DNA of 64,000 bases from an uncultured delta proteobacterium (lineage in GTDB: Bacteria; Desulfobacterota; Syntrophia; Syntrophales; UBA2192), in contig CAVPJD010000031.1 of assembly GCA_963705165.1 (NCBI GenBank), forward strand, positions 100,872 through 164,871, written 5' to 3'. This document shows, in pieces, positions 18,639-28,669 of this stretch. The notes under the pieces were generated by a model that saw nothing but the letters and a program-made list of their open reading frames with translations, made no database searches and was not told the origin of the DNA. Each line of letters starts with the position of its first letter. Positions within the stretch are counted from its first letter, which is position 1. Made by a program: the position numbers and the translations under genes.

Positions 18639-20540
18639 ATGAAGAAAAGTGCGCTTTTCCTCGTCTGTGCGGGACTGCTTTTCGTCTGGGGCTGCCCGGG
18701 GGCCGTCTTTCATTCGGAGCGGGACGGCCGCGCGCAGATTTACAAAACCGACGACAGCGGCATTCTCCAGGGCAACATTTCGAACAACCCCTATCAGGAT
18801 CGTTACCCCGACGTTTCGCCTGACACCTGGCAGGTCGTCTTCTCGTCGGAGCGGGCCGCTACCGGCGATTCGGGGATCTACACCATGGACCGTGACGGCG
18901 GCCCCGCGAGGACCCTGACGGCTGGACCCGGCCGCCGGAGCATGCCCCGCTGGGGGCAGAATGGTCTCATCGCGTTCACCGCCCTCCCCCACGGTCAAAA
19001 TCCTCACATCCGGACGATAAAAAGCGACGGGACGGACGAGCGCCAGCTGACCTTGCCGGGATCCATGGAGTCCGATGACGGGGGCCACGATTTCTTCTAC
19101 GCGGGGGATATGATCGTATTCTCCCGCAAGGACCTCTCAACGCAGAAGCACGACCTCTTCATCGCGAAATCCGACGGGACCGGCACACCCAAGAACATCA
19201 CGAGCTCACCCGCAACCGACGAGACCTTTCCTGCCGTCTCGCACGACGGCCGGCTTCTCGCCTGCCGTATTGCCTCAGCCGGTCAGGACCGTGACATGAT
19301 CCGGCTCTACAACGTCGGGACATGGGCGCCTGTCCGGGAAATCACGCTGCCGTCCCCCGCCGGTGCCGTCATCACGGGTCTCGGGTTCACGCAGGGGGAC
19401 GATCGCCTGTATGTCTCCGCCGAGGCCGCGGACGTCGCGGCCCCGGATGCGCGACAAAAGCAGGAGATCTTTCTCGTGAAGACCGACGGGACGGGGTTTG
19501 GCCGGCTGACGACGAACGACACTCTCGATACCTGGCCGGCAGCCATCGCGAAAAAGGACCAGTACGTGAAGCGGATCCCTGTCCTTTTCGTCCACGGGCA
19601 TACCAACGGGGCCGTGCCGACATGGCAGGAGCCGGGAATTTCCGGCACGACGTCCTTCAAGGCCGCCCTGGAGGCCAACCCCACGCTGCGCATCGATGCC
19701 TTCTACCTGGAGCTGCCCGTTCACGGAATCACCCATCCCGAGAATCTCGGCCGCAGCATTGCCGACGATGCGACCGACATCCAGGCCGCCATAGAAGGAG
19801 GGCTCGACTCGAGAGGACAGCCCGGATTGGGCATTCTCAAAAAACCGGAGTACCAGAACGGGAAGGTTGCCCTCGTCGGTTACAGCCAGGGAGCGATCAG
19901 CAGCCGGTACTACCTGAAAAACCTCATGGGCAACGGGCCGCTGGGGCGAATCACCGTGTCGGAGTTTATCGCGCTGGCCGCCCCCAACCACGGCGTTGCC
20001 GGGAAATACTGCAAGGGTGTATTCGGATACGAAACCGACCGATCGACGCGCGAGCTTTGCGAGGGACACCTGTCCATTGAAAATGACACTCAGAGCTGCG
20101 GCTCCTGCCCGGACATCGGGACTTTCGCGAACAACACGGGGGATGAGGCGATGTTTTTCAATAGCCTGAACGGTCATCCCGTCGGTGCAAACTGCAACGA
20201 GGCGGACATCGGCAGCCCGCAGTCAGAGACGCCTTCGAGCAGGCCGCCCCTGACGGACGGCGTGCTCTACGTCAACCTCTACGCCGCGGGCAATGCCGAC
20301 CAGGTCGTGGGCGGGCACACCCAGTCCGGGGACTGCTTCGGGAGGCGCCTGGCGAGAAATCATTCTTCCCACGCAAAGAACATGGAAATCACCGGCGTGC
20401 CGGGCAGCGGCGACTTCGGGGTACACAGCAATTTCCCCCACCACTGGCCAACGATCTGTGTCACGCTCAAGACGATCGTCAGCCACCAGGCCCCGGCCAA
20501 CCAGACCGAAGCCTGCCAGGGACTGACCCAGTCTCCGTGA
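18639..20540 (+). CDS. Lipoprotein: TolB/PD40 beta-propeller fused to alpha/beta-hydrolase
   Basis: Lipobox-like VWGC; P.VSPD / P..S.DG repeats; PVLFVHGH, GYSQG nucleophile elbow, APNHG. Confidence 0.8.
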   Translation: MKKSALFLVCAGLLFVWGCPGAVFHSERDGRAQIYKTDDSGILQGNISNNPYQDRYPDVSPDTWQVVFSSERAATGDSGIYTMDRDGGPARTLTAGPGRRSMPRWGQNGLIAFTALPHGQNPHIRTIKSDGTDERQLTLPGSMESDDGGHDFFYAGDMIVFSRKDLSTQKHDLFIAKSDGTGTPKNITSSPATDETFPAVSHDGRLLACRIASAGQDRDMIRLYNVGTWAPVREITLPSPAGAVITGLGFTQGDDRLYVSAEAADVAAPDARQKQEIFLVKTDGTGFGRLTTNDTLDTWPAAIAKKDQYVKRIPVLFVHGHTNGAVPTWQEPGISGTTSFKAALEANPTLRIDAFYLELPVHGITHPENLGRSIADDATDIQAAIEGGLDSRGQPGLGILKKPEYQNGKVALVGYSQGAISSRYYLKNLMGNGPLGRITVSEFIALAAPNHGVAGKYCKGVFGYETDRSTRELCEGHLSIENDTQSCGSCPDIGTFANNTGDEAMFFNSLNGHPVGANCNEADIGSPQSETPSSRPPLTDGVLYVNLYAAGNADQVVGGHTQSGDCFGRRLARNHSSHAKNMEITGVPGSGDFGVHSNFPHHWPTICVTLKTIVSHQAPANQTEACQGLTQSP

Positions 20541-20547
20541 AGCGAAT

Positions 20548-20579
20548 GAAAAAGGGGGCATCGTCCGATGCCCCCTTCT
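20548..20579. terminator. Bidirectional terminator
   Basis: AAAAAGGGGGCATCG-TC-CGATGCCCCCTT between convergent genes. Confidence 0.7.
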
Positions 20580-20613
20580 GTCCTGCCTGCCACTTTTGTT
20601 TTGAAACGCTCCG

Positions 20614-21309
20614 CTAGATCGCCAGGTAGCGGCTGCACTGAAACCCCTTGCCCAGCTCGCACCACACGCAGACGCCTGGCATTTTCTGGGCGTCGGCATT
20701 GAGCTGCGAGTCGCACTGGCCGCAGAGCCGCTCCTCGCCCTTCTTCATGAGTCCGCCGCAGGGGGTGACCGACATGGGGCAGAACATGATGCAGCCGTTG
20801 CAGTTCTTGCAGTAGTCCATGAGCCTCCCCGGGGGGTGGTCGACATGGCGGTCTTTGCCGCGGCCGATGAACCCCAGGGCATTGGCCTTCGCCCGCTCCT
20901 TGCAGATGCGCACACAGCGGCCGCAAAGCACGCAGTTTTCGTTGCGGAAGGGGTAGCGTACATCCTTCACCCCGCAGCGGACGGCGATGTCCTGGATGGC
21001 CTTGGAGTTGGGTGCCGAGGCCACGAGGAGCTCGGCGATGTTTTTGCGCATCTTCAGAATTTTATCCGTATTGCTCCGGATTACCATGCCCTCCTCGACC
21101 ATGAGCGTGCAGGAGGCCGTCACCTTGGAGCGGTTTCCCTTGACATGTTCCACGATGCAGAGACGGCAGGCGCCCATGTCGTGGATGCCCGGAATGTGGC
21201 AGAGGTGGGGGATGCAGACGCCGACATGAACCGCCGTGTCGAGAACGCTCGTCCCTTTTTCCGCCCTCACGGGGGCCCCGTCTAGCATTATATTTACGTA
21301 TTGCAGCAT
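20614..21309 (-). CDS. NuoG/HydA N-terminal-like Fe-S subunit without catalytic domain (BamI-like)
   Basis: IPHLCH...GACRLCIVE...ASC (2Fe-2S); CVLCGRCVRIC; CKNCNGCIMFCP; Cys-rich tail. Confidence 0.85.
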   Translation of the reverse strand: MLQYVNIMLDGAPVRAEKGTSVLDTAVHVGVCIPHLCHIPGIHDMGACRLCIVEHVKGNRSKVTASCTLMVEEGMVIRSNTDKILKMRKNIAELLVASAPNSKAIQDIAVRCGVKDVRYPFRNENCVLCGRCVRICKERAKANALGFIGRGKDRHVDHPPGRLMDYCKNCNGCIMFCPMSVTPCGGLMKKGEERLCGQCDSQLNADAQKMPGVCVWCELGKGFQCSRYLAI

Positions 21310-21320
21310 ATCTCACCTCG

Positions 21321-23174
21321 TTATTTAACCGTGATGGCGTCAAACTTACATTCGCTGATACAGATGCCGCACTTTTGACACAGCCCGGCATCGATGACGT
21401 GGACCTTCTTCTTCTCGCCTGTGATGGAGTCGTGCGGGCAGGCCTTCAGGCAGACGCCGCAGCCCGTGCACTTCTCCGCGTCGATGGCGTAGGTGATGAG
21501 GGCCTTGCAGACGCCGGCGGGGCACTGCCTGTTGTGAACGTGAGCTGCGTACTCGTCGGCAAAATACCGCAACGTCGAGAGCACGGGGTTAGGGGCCGAC
21601 TTCCCGAGCCCGCACAGCGACGCCTCTGCAACCGTCTCCGCCAGCTCCTGCAGCAGATCGAGTTGCTCGGGGCGGCCATGGCCCTCGGTGATGTCCGTGA
21701 CGATCTCGAGCATCCGGTCGATGCCCACGCGGCACGGGACGCATTTTCCGCAGGATTCGTCCCGGAGGAAGTTCAAGAAATAGCGCGCCACGTCGACCAT
21801 GCACGTCTTATCATCCATGACGACCATGCCGCCCGAGCCCATCATCGATCCGGCATCCCAGAGAGCGTCGAAGTCCACGGTAAGGTTGAACAGGCTCTCG
21901 GGCAGGCACCCGCCCGAGGGGCCGCCCGTCTGGACTGCTTTGATCTTGTTGCCGTTCTTGGGCCCGCCGCCGATGTCATACACGATGGTGCGCAGCGTCG
22001 TACCCATGGCCACCTCGACCAAACCCGTGTTCTTCACCTGGCCCGTGAGCGCCAGGATCTTCGTGCCCTTGCTGCTGTCGGTGCCGCGGGAGGCAAACCA
22101 CTTAGCTCCGTTGAGGATGATGGAGGGCACGTTGGCCCAGGTCTCCACGTTGTTGAGAACCGTGGGCCTGTTCCAGAGCCCTTCCTTCACGGTGTGGACA
22201 TCCTTTGCGCGGGGCTCGCCGACCTTGCCCTCGATGGAGGTCATAAGGGCGGTGGACTCGCCGCAGACAAAGGCGCCGCCGCCGCGGGCGACCTCGATAT
22301 CGAAGGAGAAGTTCGACCCGAGGATGTTCACGCCAAGAAGGCCATATTCCCGGGCCTGCTGAACGGCGATCCGGGCATTCTTGACAGCCAGGGGGTATTC
22401 GCGGCGCACGTAGATGTAGCCCTTGCCGGCCCCGACGGCCCGGGCCCCGATCATCATCCCTTCGATAACCTGGTGCGGATTGGCCTCGAGGAGGCAGCGG
22501 TCCATGTAGGCCCCGGGGTCGCCCTCGTCGGCGTTGCAGATGACATACTTCTCGTCGCCCGGCGCCTCGTGGGCTTCCTCCCACTTTCGCCCCGTGGGGA
22601 ACCCGGCGCCGCCGCGGCCGCGAAGGCCCGCCGCTTTCACTTCGGCGATGATCTCCTCGGGTTTTACCCCCGCGACCACTTTCGCAATCGCCTTGTAGCC
22701 GCCTGTGGCAATGTAGTCCTCGATGGAGAAGGGGTCGACAAACCGGTGCATCCGGATGAGCTGACGAGTCTGGGCCTTGTAAAACGGGATGTCGGACTCC
22801 TTCTGGATCCGCTTCCCTGAAACAGGGTCCGCATACAGAAGTTCTTCGATGATCTCGCCCTTCTGGGCCGTGCGGGAGACGATCTCGGCTGCATTCTTCG
22901 CCGCCACGTGGCAGTATAGGATGTTGCCCGGCTCAATGAGAATCACCGGCTCCTGCTCGCAGAAACCGAGACAGCCCGAAATCCGGAGGGCGACGTCCTG
23001 CAGGAGACCCTGCCTCGCCAGTTCCGCTCGAATGGCATCGACGAGGGCCGCAGAGCCGGAGGCCTGGCAGCATGTCCCGTTGGGAATGACCATTTCCAGC
23101 CGGGCCCTGTTTCTCTTTCCATCCACCTGGGTGCGAATGATCTCGAGATCCTTGGCGTGACTGACCCTAGGCAT
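21321..23174 (-). CDS. NuoF/HydB-type FMN/NAD-binding subunit (BamH-like)
   Basis: GLRGRGGAGFPTG.KW, CNADEGDPG, FVCGE, ESCGKCVPCR, N-terminal 2Fe-2S and C-terminal 2x4Fe-4S. Confidence 0.93.
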   Translation of the reverse strand: MPRVSHAKDLEIIRTQVDGKRNRARLEMVIPNGTCCQASGSAALVDAIRAELARQGLLQDVALRISGCLGFCEQEPVILIEPGNILYCHVAAKNAAEIVSRTAQKGEIIEELLYADPVSGKRIQKESDIPFYKAQTRQLIRMHRFVDPFSIEDYIATGGYKAIAKVVAGVKPEEIIAEVKAAGLRGRGGAGFPTGRKWEEAHEAPGDEKYVICNADEGDPGAYMDRCLLEANPHQVIEGMMIGARAVGAGKGYIYVRREYPLAVKNARIAVQQAREYGLLGVNILGSNFSFDIEVARGGGAFVCGESTALMTSIEGKVGEPRAKDVHTVKEGLWNRPTVLNNVETWANVPSIILNGAKWFASRGTDSSKGTKILALTGQVKNTGLVEVAMGTTLRTIVYDIGGGPKNGNKIKAVQTGGPSGGCLPESLFNLTVDFDALWDAGSMMGSGGMVVMDDKTCMVDVARYFLNFLRDESCGKCVPCRVGIDRMLEIVTDITEGHGRPEQLDLLQELAETVAEASLCGLGKSAPNPVLSTLRYFADEYAAHVHNRQCPAGVCKALITYAIDAEKCTGCGVCLKACPHDSITGEKKKVHVIDAGLCQKCGICISECKFDAITVK

Positions 23175-23646
23175 GTTTTTTCTCCTTCTTGACCCCGGCG
23201 GCCTTATCGATCTTCTTGCGAAGCTTGCCGGGCGTCATGTTTTTGCAATAGCTGTCGTTGTGGACAACGATGGGCCCGAGTGCACAGGCCCCTACGCAGT
23301 TGACGCACTCGACGGTGATCTGGCCATCGGCCGTCGTGTCGCCGGGCTCGATGCCAAGCTGCCCTCTCACCTGGTTGACCAGCAGATCGGAGCCTCTCAC
23401 ATGGCAGGCCGTACCGGTGCAGATGGTGATCACGTTCTTGCCGCGGGGTTTGAGCGTAAAGGCCTTGTAGAAGTGCGCCACGCGATATACGTCGATCAGG
23501 GGCACCCCCAGTTCCTTCGAAACCGTCTTCAGGGCATCCTCGGGCAGGTAACCTTCCTGATCCTGCAGATCCAGCATCACCTCGACGAGCATGTGCGGCT
23601 GGCTGCGCCGTCCTTCCAGGATGGAATCCAGTTTGGTCGCGGTCAT
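23167..23646 (-). CDS. NuoE/HydC-type 2Fe-2S subunit (BamG-like)
   Basis: ICTGTACHVRG, CVGACALGP; AAGGAGG SD before ATG 23646. Confidence 0.92.
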   Translation of the reverse strand: MTATKLDSILEGRRSQPHMLVEVMLDLQDQEGYLPEDALKTVSKELGVPLIDVYRVAHFYKAFTLKPRGKNVITICTGTACHVRGSDLLVNQVRGQLGIEPGDTTADGQITVECVNCVGACALGPIVVHNDSYCKNMTPGKLRKKIDKAAGVKKEKKHA

Positions 23647-23817
23647 GGTGACCTCCTTGATCGGGTTTTCCTTCTTGCCTTGTCGTCTATTAACTGTTAT
23701 GTTGTGATCGGTAAATGCGGGCATAATGCACACTAATTGCCTATTTTTTATGTGTAATAATGTAACCACTTCCTACCCATGAAATGCCCATCTTTTCTGA
23801 ACAGGGGAGGATGCACC

Positions 23818-24780
23818 ATGGCTCAAACCCGCTCGAAGCGACCCCTGGGCGAGGTGCCCGCGAATTTTAACCCCCGGGATTACCTCGCCAACCTCTGGAA
23901 AATCCCCTTCATCGAGGACAAGGAACCGGAAAAGATCGACATTGCGCTCCGGGAGCGCATCAAGGAACTGAACTGCCTCTACGGGATAGCGCGGCTCGCC
24001 GAGCGCCACCACGACTCGATGGACGACTTCCTGACGGCCCTCGTGGAGCTTCTGCCCCTGTCGTGGCAGTACCCCGAGATCACCTGCGCCCGGATCGTCC
24101 TCGAGGACAGGACCTACAGGAGCCGGGACTTCAAGCTGACGAAGTGGCGGCAGATATCGCCCGTTCTCGCACACAACCGGCCGGTGGGTGACGTGACGGT
24201 GTTTTACCTGGAGGAACGCCCTGCCGCAGACGAGGGGCCTTTCCTGAAGGAAGAGAGAATCCTGCTCGACGAGGTGGCCACGCGGATCGGCGCCATCGCC
24301 GTTCGCATCGCCGCGGAGAAGGAACTCCAGGAGATCAACAAGCAGCTTTCGCTGGAGCGGCTGGCCCTGCAGGAGGCCAACGCGGCCCTTCGCACCGTCC
24401 TGGCCAAGATTGAAGACGAAAAGAAGCAGATCTACCGCGACATGCAGGTCAACATCGAAAAGGTCATCATGCCGATCCTCCACGCCCTGTCCGTCGAGGT
24501 CCCGAAGGCCCAGCGCAAGTACGTGGAGATCCTGCGCAACAGCCTCGAGGAAACGACGTCGCCCTTCATCAGCAAGGTCGTGAACCACTACCACTCGCTC
24601 TCCCCCACGGAGATCAGCGTCTGCAGCATGATCCGCAACGGGATGCGCACCAAGGACATCGCGCACCTCCGGGGAGTGAGCGCGGCAACCGTCAACCGCC
24701 ATCGCGAGAACATCCGGAAGAAGCTGAGGATCACCAACGACCAGGTGAACCTGGCAACGTACCTGCAGTCGCTGACGTAA
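23818..24780 (+). CDS. LuxR-type C-terminal HTH regulator with GAF-like N-domain, divergent from nuoEFG-like operon
   Basis: LSPTE..VC.MI..G..TKDIA...VS.ATV..HRENIRKKL; LRERIKELNCLY N-domain. Confidence 0.85.
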   Translation: MAQTRSKRPLGEVPANFNPRDYLANLWKIPFIEDKEPEKIDIALRERIKELNCLYGIARLAERHHDSMDDFLTALVELLPLSWQYPEITCARIVLEDRTYRSRDFKLTKWRQISPVLAHNRPVGDVTVFYLEERPAADEGPFLKEERILLDEVATRIGAIAVRIAAEKELQEINKQLSLERLALQEANAALRTVLAKIEDEKKQIYRDMQVNIEKVIMPILHALSVEVPKAQRKYVEILRNSLEETTSPFISKVVNHYHSLSPTEISVCSMIRNGMRTKDIAHLRGVSAATVNRHRENIRKKLRITNDQVNLATYLQSLT

Positions 24781-24835
24781 CAAGAAGTGTCTAAGTGTTT
24801 GAGTGTCGAAGTGTCTGAGTGAAGAGAAGAAACGG

Positions 24836-25753
24836 ATGACGATACGGGCGCTGGAGCTTTTCTGCGGGATTGGCGGGTTTGCGGCTGCAACGGCGGGGAC
24901 GAAACTCCGCGTGGCGGGCGCCATCGACCAGAGCCCGGCCGCACTCGATGTCTACCGGCTGAATTTCCCCGGCCACGACGCCTGGCAACTCAACCTGGAG
25001 AATGTCAACGCCGACGAGCTGGCGGTATTCGGGGCCGATTTCTGGTGGCTCTCGCCGCCCTGCCAGCCTTACACGGTGAGGGGCGCCGGAAGGGATATCG
25101 AAGACCCCCGGGCACTGAGTTTTCTGAGGCTTCTGAAGGTCATCGCGGGGATACCAGAGGAAAAGCTCCCGACGCACCTTGCACTGGAAAATGTGGAAGG
25201 CTTTACCCGATCGGAGATGCGCAAGCGGCTCGTCGATCTTCTCTCGCGTCGGGGATTCCAGATTCAGGAGTGCATGCTCTGCCCGACGGGGCTGGGCGTG
25301 CCCATGCGGCGCCCGAGATTTTATCTCATGGCCTCCCGCGGGCGCCTTAGTCCCCCTGTCGTGATCGTCGATATGCCGCTTCGTCCGCTCGGCGATTACC
25401 TGGACGGAAGCGACATAAGCGACATCCCTGATGAGCTGCATGTCGGCGGAGACGTACTGGCGAAATTCGGCAAGGGGTTCCGCATCGTCGACCCGAAAGA
25501 CCCGCAGGCCTACACGACCTGTTTCACCTCGGGATACGGCCGATCGCTCATGCATGCGGGCTCATACCTGCAATGCGCGGGCGGGGTGAGACGTTTTGCG
25601 CCGGAGGAAATCGCGCGGCTGCTCCATTTCCCCGAGGGGTTTCGATTTCCCGACCGAATGACCCTGCGGAAGAAGTGGCACCTCGTGGGAAACAGCCTCT
25701 CCGTCGCCGCCGTTCGCAAAGTCCTTGAAGCGTTCCCCGGTCTTGTGGCATGA
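24836..25753 (+). CDS. Dnmt2/TRDMT1-like C5-cytosine methyltransferase
   Basis: ELFCGIGG, SPPCQPY, ENV.GF, RPRFY, Dnmt2-diagnostic CFT(SGY) motif, GNS. Confidence 0.85.
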   Translation: MTIRALELFCGIGGFAAATAGTKLRVAGAIDQSPAALDVYRLNFPGHDAWQLNLENVNADELAVFGADFWWLSPPCQPYTVRGAGRDIEDPRALSFLRLLKVIAGIPEEKLPTHLALENVEGFTRSEMRKRLVDLLSRRGFQIQECMLCPTGLGVPMRRPRFYLMASRGRLSPPVVIVDMPLRPLGDYLDGSDISDIPDELHVGGDVLAKFGKGFRIVDPKDPQAYTTCFTSGYGRSLMHAGSYLQCAGGVRRFAPEEIARLLHFPEGFRFPDRMTLRKKWHLVGNSLSVAAVRKVLEAFPGLVA

Positions 25754-25787
25754 GAGGAGAACAAGCCGAATGACAGAGGAGAAACCC

Positions 25788-26156
25788 ATGAGAAACATCG
25801 CCGTGTGGTTCGAGATCCCCGTGAAGGACATTGAACGGGCGAGGCTCTTCTACAGCAACATGCTGGGCTACGACCTGCCCGTGCAGGACCTGGGCGGGGT
25901 GCTGATGGCATTCTTCCCCATGGCGGGGCATGGAAACAGCGGCGCGCTGATCCATGGCGACGGCTACGAACCCTGCGCGCGGGGCACCGTGGTCTACCTC
26001 AACGCCGGGGAAGACTTGAACGAATCCCTCGAGCGCGTGGAGCCCGCGGGCGGCAAGATCGTCGTCCCGAAGTCGAAGATCACCGACGAGTACGGCCACT
26101 TCGCCCTCTTCCTCGACACCGAGGGAAACCTCGTGGGACTGCACTCGATGAAGTAA
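25788..26156 (+). CDS. VOC/glyoxalase family protein
   Basis: WFEIPV.D.ERA..FY, G.FALF.DTEGNLVGLH. Confidence 0.9.
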   Translation: MRNIAVWFEIPVKDIERARLFYSNMLGYDLPVQDLGGVLMAFFPMAGHGNSGALIHGDGYEPCARGTVVYLNAGEDLNESLERVEPAGGKIVVPKSKITDEYGHFALFLDTEGNLVGLHSMK

Positions 26157-26197
26157 AAAACAGGAAATAGTAACTGGTAATTGGTAATTTGCAAAAC

Positions 26198-26233
26198 AAA
26201 GAGGCCGCGGGGATGTCTTCCCGCGGCCTCTTC
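26198..26233. terminator. Bidirectional terminator
   Basis: AAGAGGCCGCGGG...CCCGCGGCCTCTT between convergent genes. Confidence 0.7.
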
Positions 26234-26278
26234 TGTATTGGCCCTCTGTGCCTTTAGCCTTTAGCCTTCAGCCTGCCC

Positions 26279-27973
26279 TTACGGGTTCATTTCGTACGTG
26301 TCCTTCAGCGCATACACGAAGTTGTTCAGCACCCTTTCGTAGCGCGCCTCGTCGACGGCGGGCTTGCGGATGATCTTCATGCACAGCTCCATCTGCTTCT
26401 CGGTGCTGCTCGGCTTGCTGTAGAGCTGCAGGGCGTACTTCGAGAAGTCGCGCACCATGAAGTCGAAAATCTGGTCGAGCAGGTCCTTGTCCACGTTGGT
26501 TATCTTCGCGTTCTCCAGGATGAGCTGCCCGTAGACCACACAGGTGAAGAGCTCGCCCAGGATGAGCAGGAAGTCGATGTCCTTCTGCTGCTCGGGGGTG
26601 GGTGTCGCCGTGGCCAGGAAGGTCTTGAAGAGCTTGATCTGCTCCTTGAAGATGGTCAGGTTGGGCAGGTCGTAGCCGTCGTAGGCCGGCTTGAAGTCGT
26701 GGAACTGGATCTTGCTCAGGCCCTTTGTGGCTCCCTGCTCCCAGAAGAAGGTGTCGTCGGCGATGTCGTTGCGTTTCGGGATCTCGGGGAACTTGCCGGG
26801 GTTGAAGAAGTAGTTGGCCATGAACTTGATGATGAGGGCCATGTTCACATGGGCCGTCCCCTCGAGCTTCGGCAGGGCCCGGATGTGCCGGGTGGCCATC
26901 TCGAAGTAGGTGTCCTTCTCGAAGCCCTTGGCGGCGATGACATCCCAGAGCAGGTTGATGACCTCCTCACCCTGCATGGTGACCTTCATCTTCACCATGG
27001 GGTTGTAGAGCAGGTAGCGACGGTCCTCGGCCGAGGCCGAGCGGAAGTAGTCGATGGCCCGCAGGGCGAAGAGCCGCATGGCGACCAGGCGCGTATAGGA
27101 ATCGACGAAGAGCTGCTTGACCTGGGAGAACTCGGTGACGGCCTTGCCGAAGAGGATGCGGTGCGAGGCGTGGTTGATGGCCTCGTAGAAGGAGTGGGTG
27201 CAGATCCCGATGGTGGCCCAGCCCAGGTTGAACTTGCCCACGTTGACCGTGTTGAGCGATGCGTCCCAGGCCTCCTGCCCCTTCTCGAGGATCTCCTCCT
27301 CCTTGATCGGGTAGTCGTGCAGGTTGTACTGGGCCACGTACATCTGGCTCGCCACGACGTTGCGCACGAGCTCGAATTTCTCATTGTGGGAGTCGACGGG
27401 AAAGAAGACGAACTCGCCCGTGCCGGCGATCTTTCCGAAGGTGGAGACGATCACGGCCTGGTTGGCGTTTCCGATGTAGTACTTGTCGCCCTCGGCAAGG
27501 TATGGGCCGCCGGTTTGCGGCTTGAGCATCATGTCCGTGGAGTAGATGTCGGCGCCGTGCTCCCGCTCGGAGAGGCCGAAGGCGAAGATCCTTCCGTACT
27601 GCAGGTGCTGGGCGGTCTTCTTCTTGATGTCCTCGTTTTTGCTCATCCAGACGGGGCCCAGGCCGAGAATGCTTACCTGCCAGGCATACCAGTACGACAG
27701 GCTGTAGAAGGCGAGGATTTCGTTCATCTCGCAGTTGCGCCACGTGTCCCAGCGGCAGTCGGCGTCGCCGTACTTCGAGGGCGTGAGCAGGGTCGCGAAA
27801 ATCTTGTTGTCCTTCAGGAACTGGATGAAATCATCGTACCAGACGCACCACTGATCATCCGCCTTGATGCGTTGTTTCCCCTTGCTCTCGAAGAAGTCGA
27901 TCGTCTTTTTCATGATCTCCTTCGATTTTTCGCAGGGATAGTCGCTTGCGTATTTTTTCGGATTGAACAGCAT
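26279..27973 (-). CDS. Acyl-CoA dehydrogenase
   Basis: AFGLSEREHGAD, KYYIGN, ALPKLEGTAHVN. Confidence 0.93.
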   Translation of the reverse strand: MLFNPKKYASDYPCEKSKEIMKKTIDFFESKGKQRIKADDQWCVWYDDFIQFLKDNKIFATLLTPSKYGDADCRWDTWRNCEMNEILAFYSLSYWYAWQVSILGLGPVWMSKNEDIKKKTAQHLQYGRIFAFGLSEREHGADIYSTDMMLKPQTGGPYLAEGDKYYIGNANQAVIVSTFGKIAGTGEFVFFPVDSHNEKFELVRNVVASQMYVAQYNLHDYPIKEEEILEKGQEAWDASLNTVNVGKFNLGWATIGICTHSFYEAINHASHRILFGKAVTEFSQVKQLFVDSYTRLVAMRLFALRAIDYFRSASAEDRRYLLYNPMVKMKVTMQGEEVINLLWDVIAAKGFEKDTYFEMATRHIRALPKLEGTAHVNMALIIKFMANYFFNPGKFPEIPKRNDIADDTFFWEQGATKGLSKIQFHDFKPAYDGYDLPNLTIFKEQIKLFKTFLATATPTPEQQKDIDFLLILGELFTCVVYGQLILENAKITNVDKDLLDQIFDFMVRDFSKYALQLYSKPSSTEKQMELCMKIIRKPAVDEARYERVLNNFVYALKDTYEMNP

Positions 27974-28042
27974 AAATTCCCCCTCCATTACGTCTCAAAC
28001 ATTTGATTTAAATTGATTATCCGCCGAAACGAGCCAACAGAA

Positions 28043-28059
28043 ACTGACCGCCGGTCAGT
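28043..28059. promoter_or_regulatory. Putative TetR-type operator upstream of acyl-CoA dehydrogenase
   Basis: Perfect palindrome ACTGACCG-C-CGGTCAGT about 70 bp upstream of the start. Confidence 0.55.
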
Positions 28060-28265
28060 GTTTTTTATCTTTCTACACTATTTTTCTGACCTTTGCAACG
28101 GCTACCTCATTGAGCGTTCCAAAGACCCGATGAAGTGCCACTCGAAAAAATCAAGCCGGCATGTGATCCGCCTTGAGTACCCGCTCTGACTTGTTGTAGT
28201 ATCATCGGACATCGAAAGATGAAAAGGGGAAAGGACATAAGCCAATACTGGGGAGGACATGTGAG

Positions 28266-28574
28266 ATGATCTACGTGATTGCAACGGTTGAATTGAATCA
28301 GGGCGGGAAAGAGAAATACCTGGCGGAGCTGAAGCGGGTCACGCCCCTGGTTCACAAGGAGAAGGGCTGCCTCGAGTACGTAGCCACGGTGGATGTGCCC
28401 ACGGGCATCCCCATCCAGGTGCCCCCCCGCGACAACGTCGTGACCCTCATCGAGAGATGGGAGAGCCTGGAGGCCCTGAAGGCCCACCTCACCCAACCCC
28501 ATTTCCTGGAGTACCGCGAGCGGGTCAAGGACGTGATGAAAAGCGTCTCGATCCAGGTTCTAAAACCCGCGTAA
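28266..28574 (+). CDS. Putative quinol monooxygenase (ABM domain)
   Basis: MIYVIATV, E.GCLEY, ERWESLEALKAHL..PH. Confidence 0.9.
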   Translation: MIYVIATVELNQGGKEKYLAELKRVTPLVHKEKGCLEYVATVDVPTGIPIQVPPRDNVVTLIERWESLEALKAHLTQPHFLEYRERVKDVMKSVSIQVLKPA

Positions 28575-28669
28575 AACAGGGTCAAGGGTAAAGGGTTCAG
28601 TGTACAGTGGAATTAATAGATCAGACTTATTCCCCACCCTATACCCTGGCCCCTATACCCTATACCCTG

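Noticed and set aside
24836-25753. Restriction-modification system
   Set aside because: No endonuclease partner; the CFT motif points to Dnmt2.
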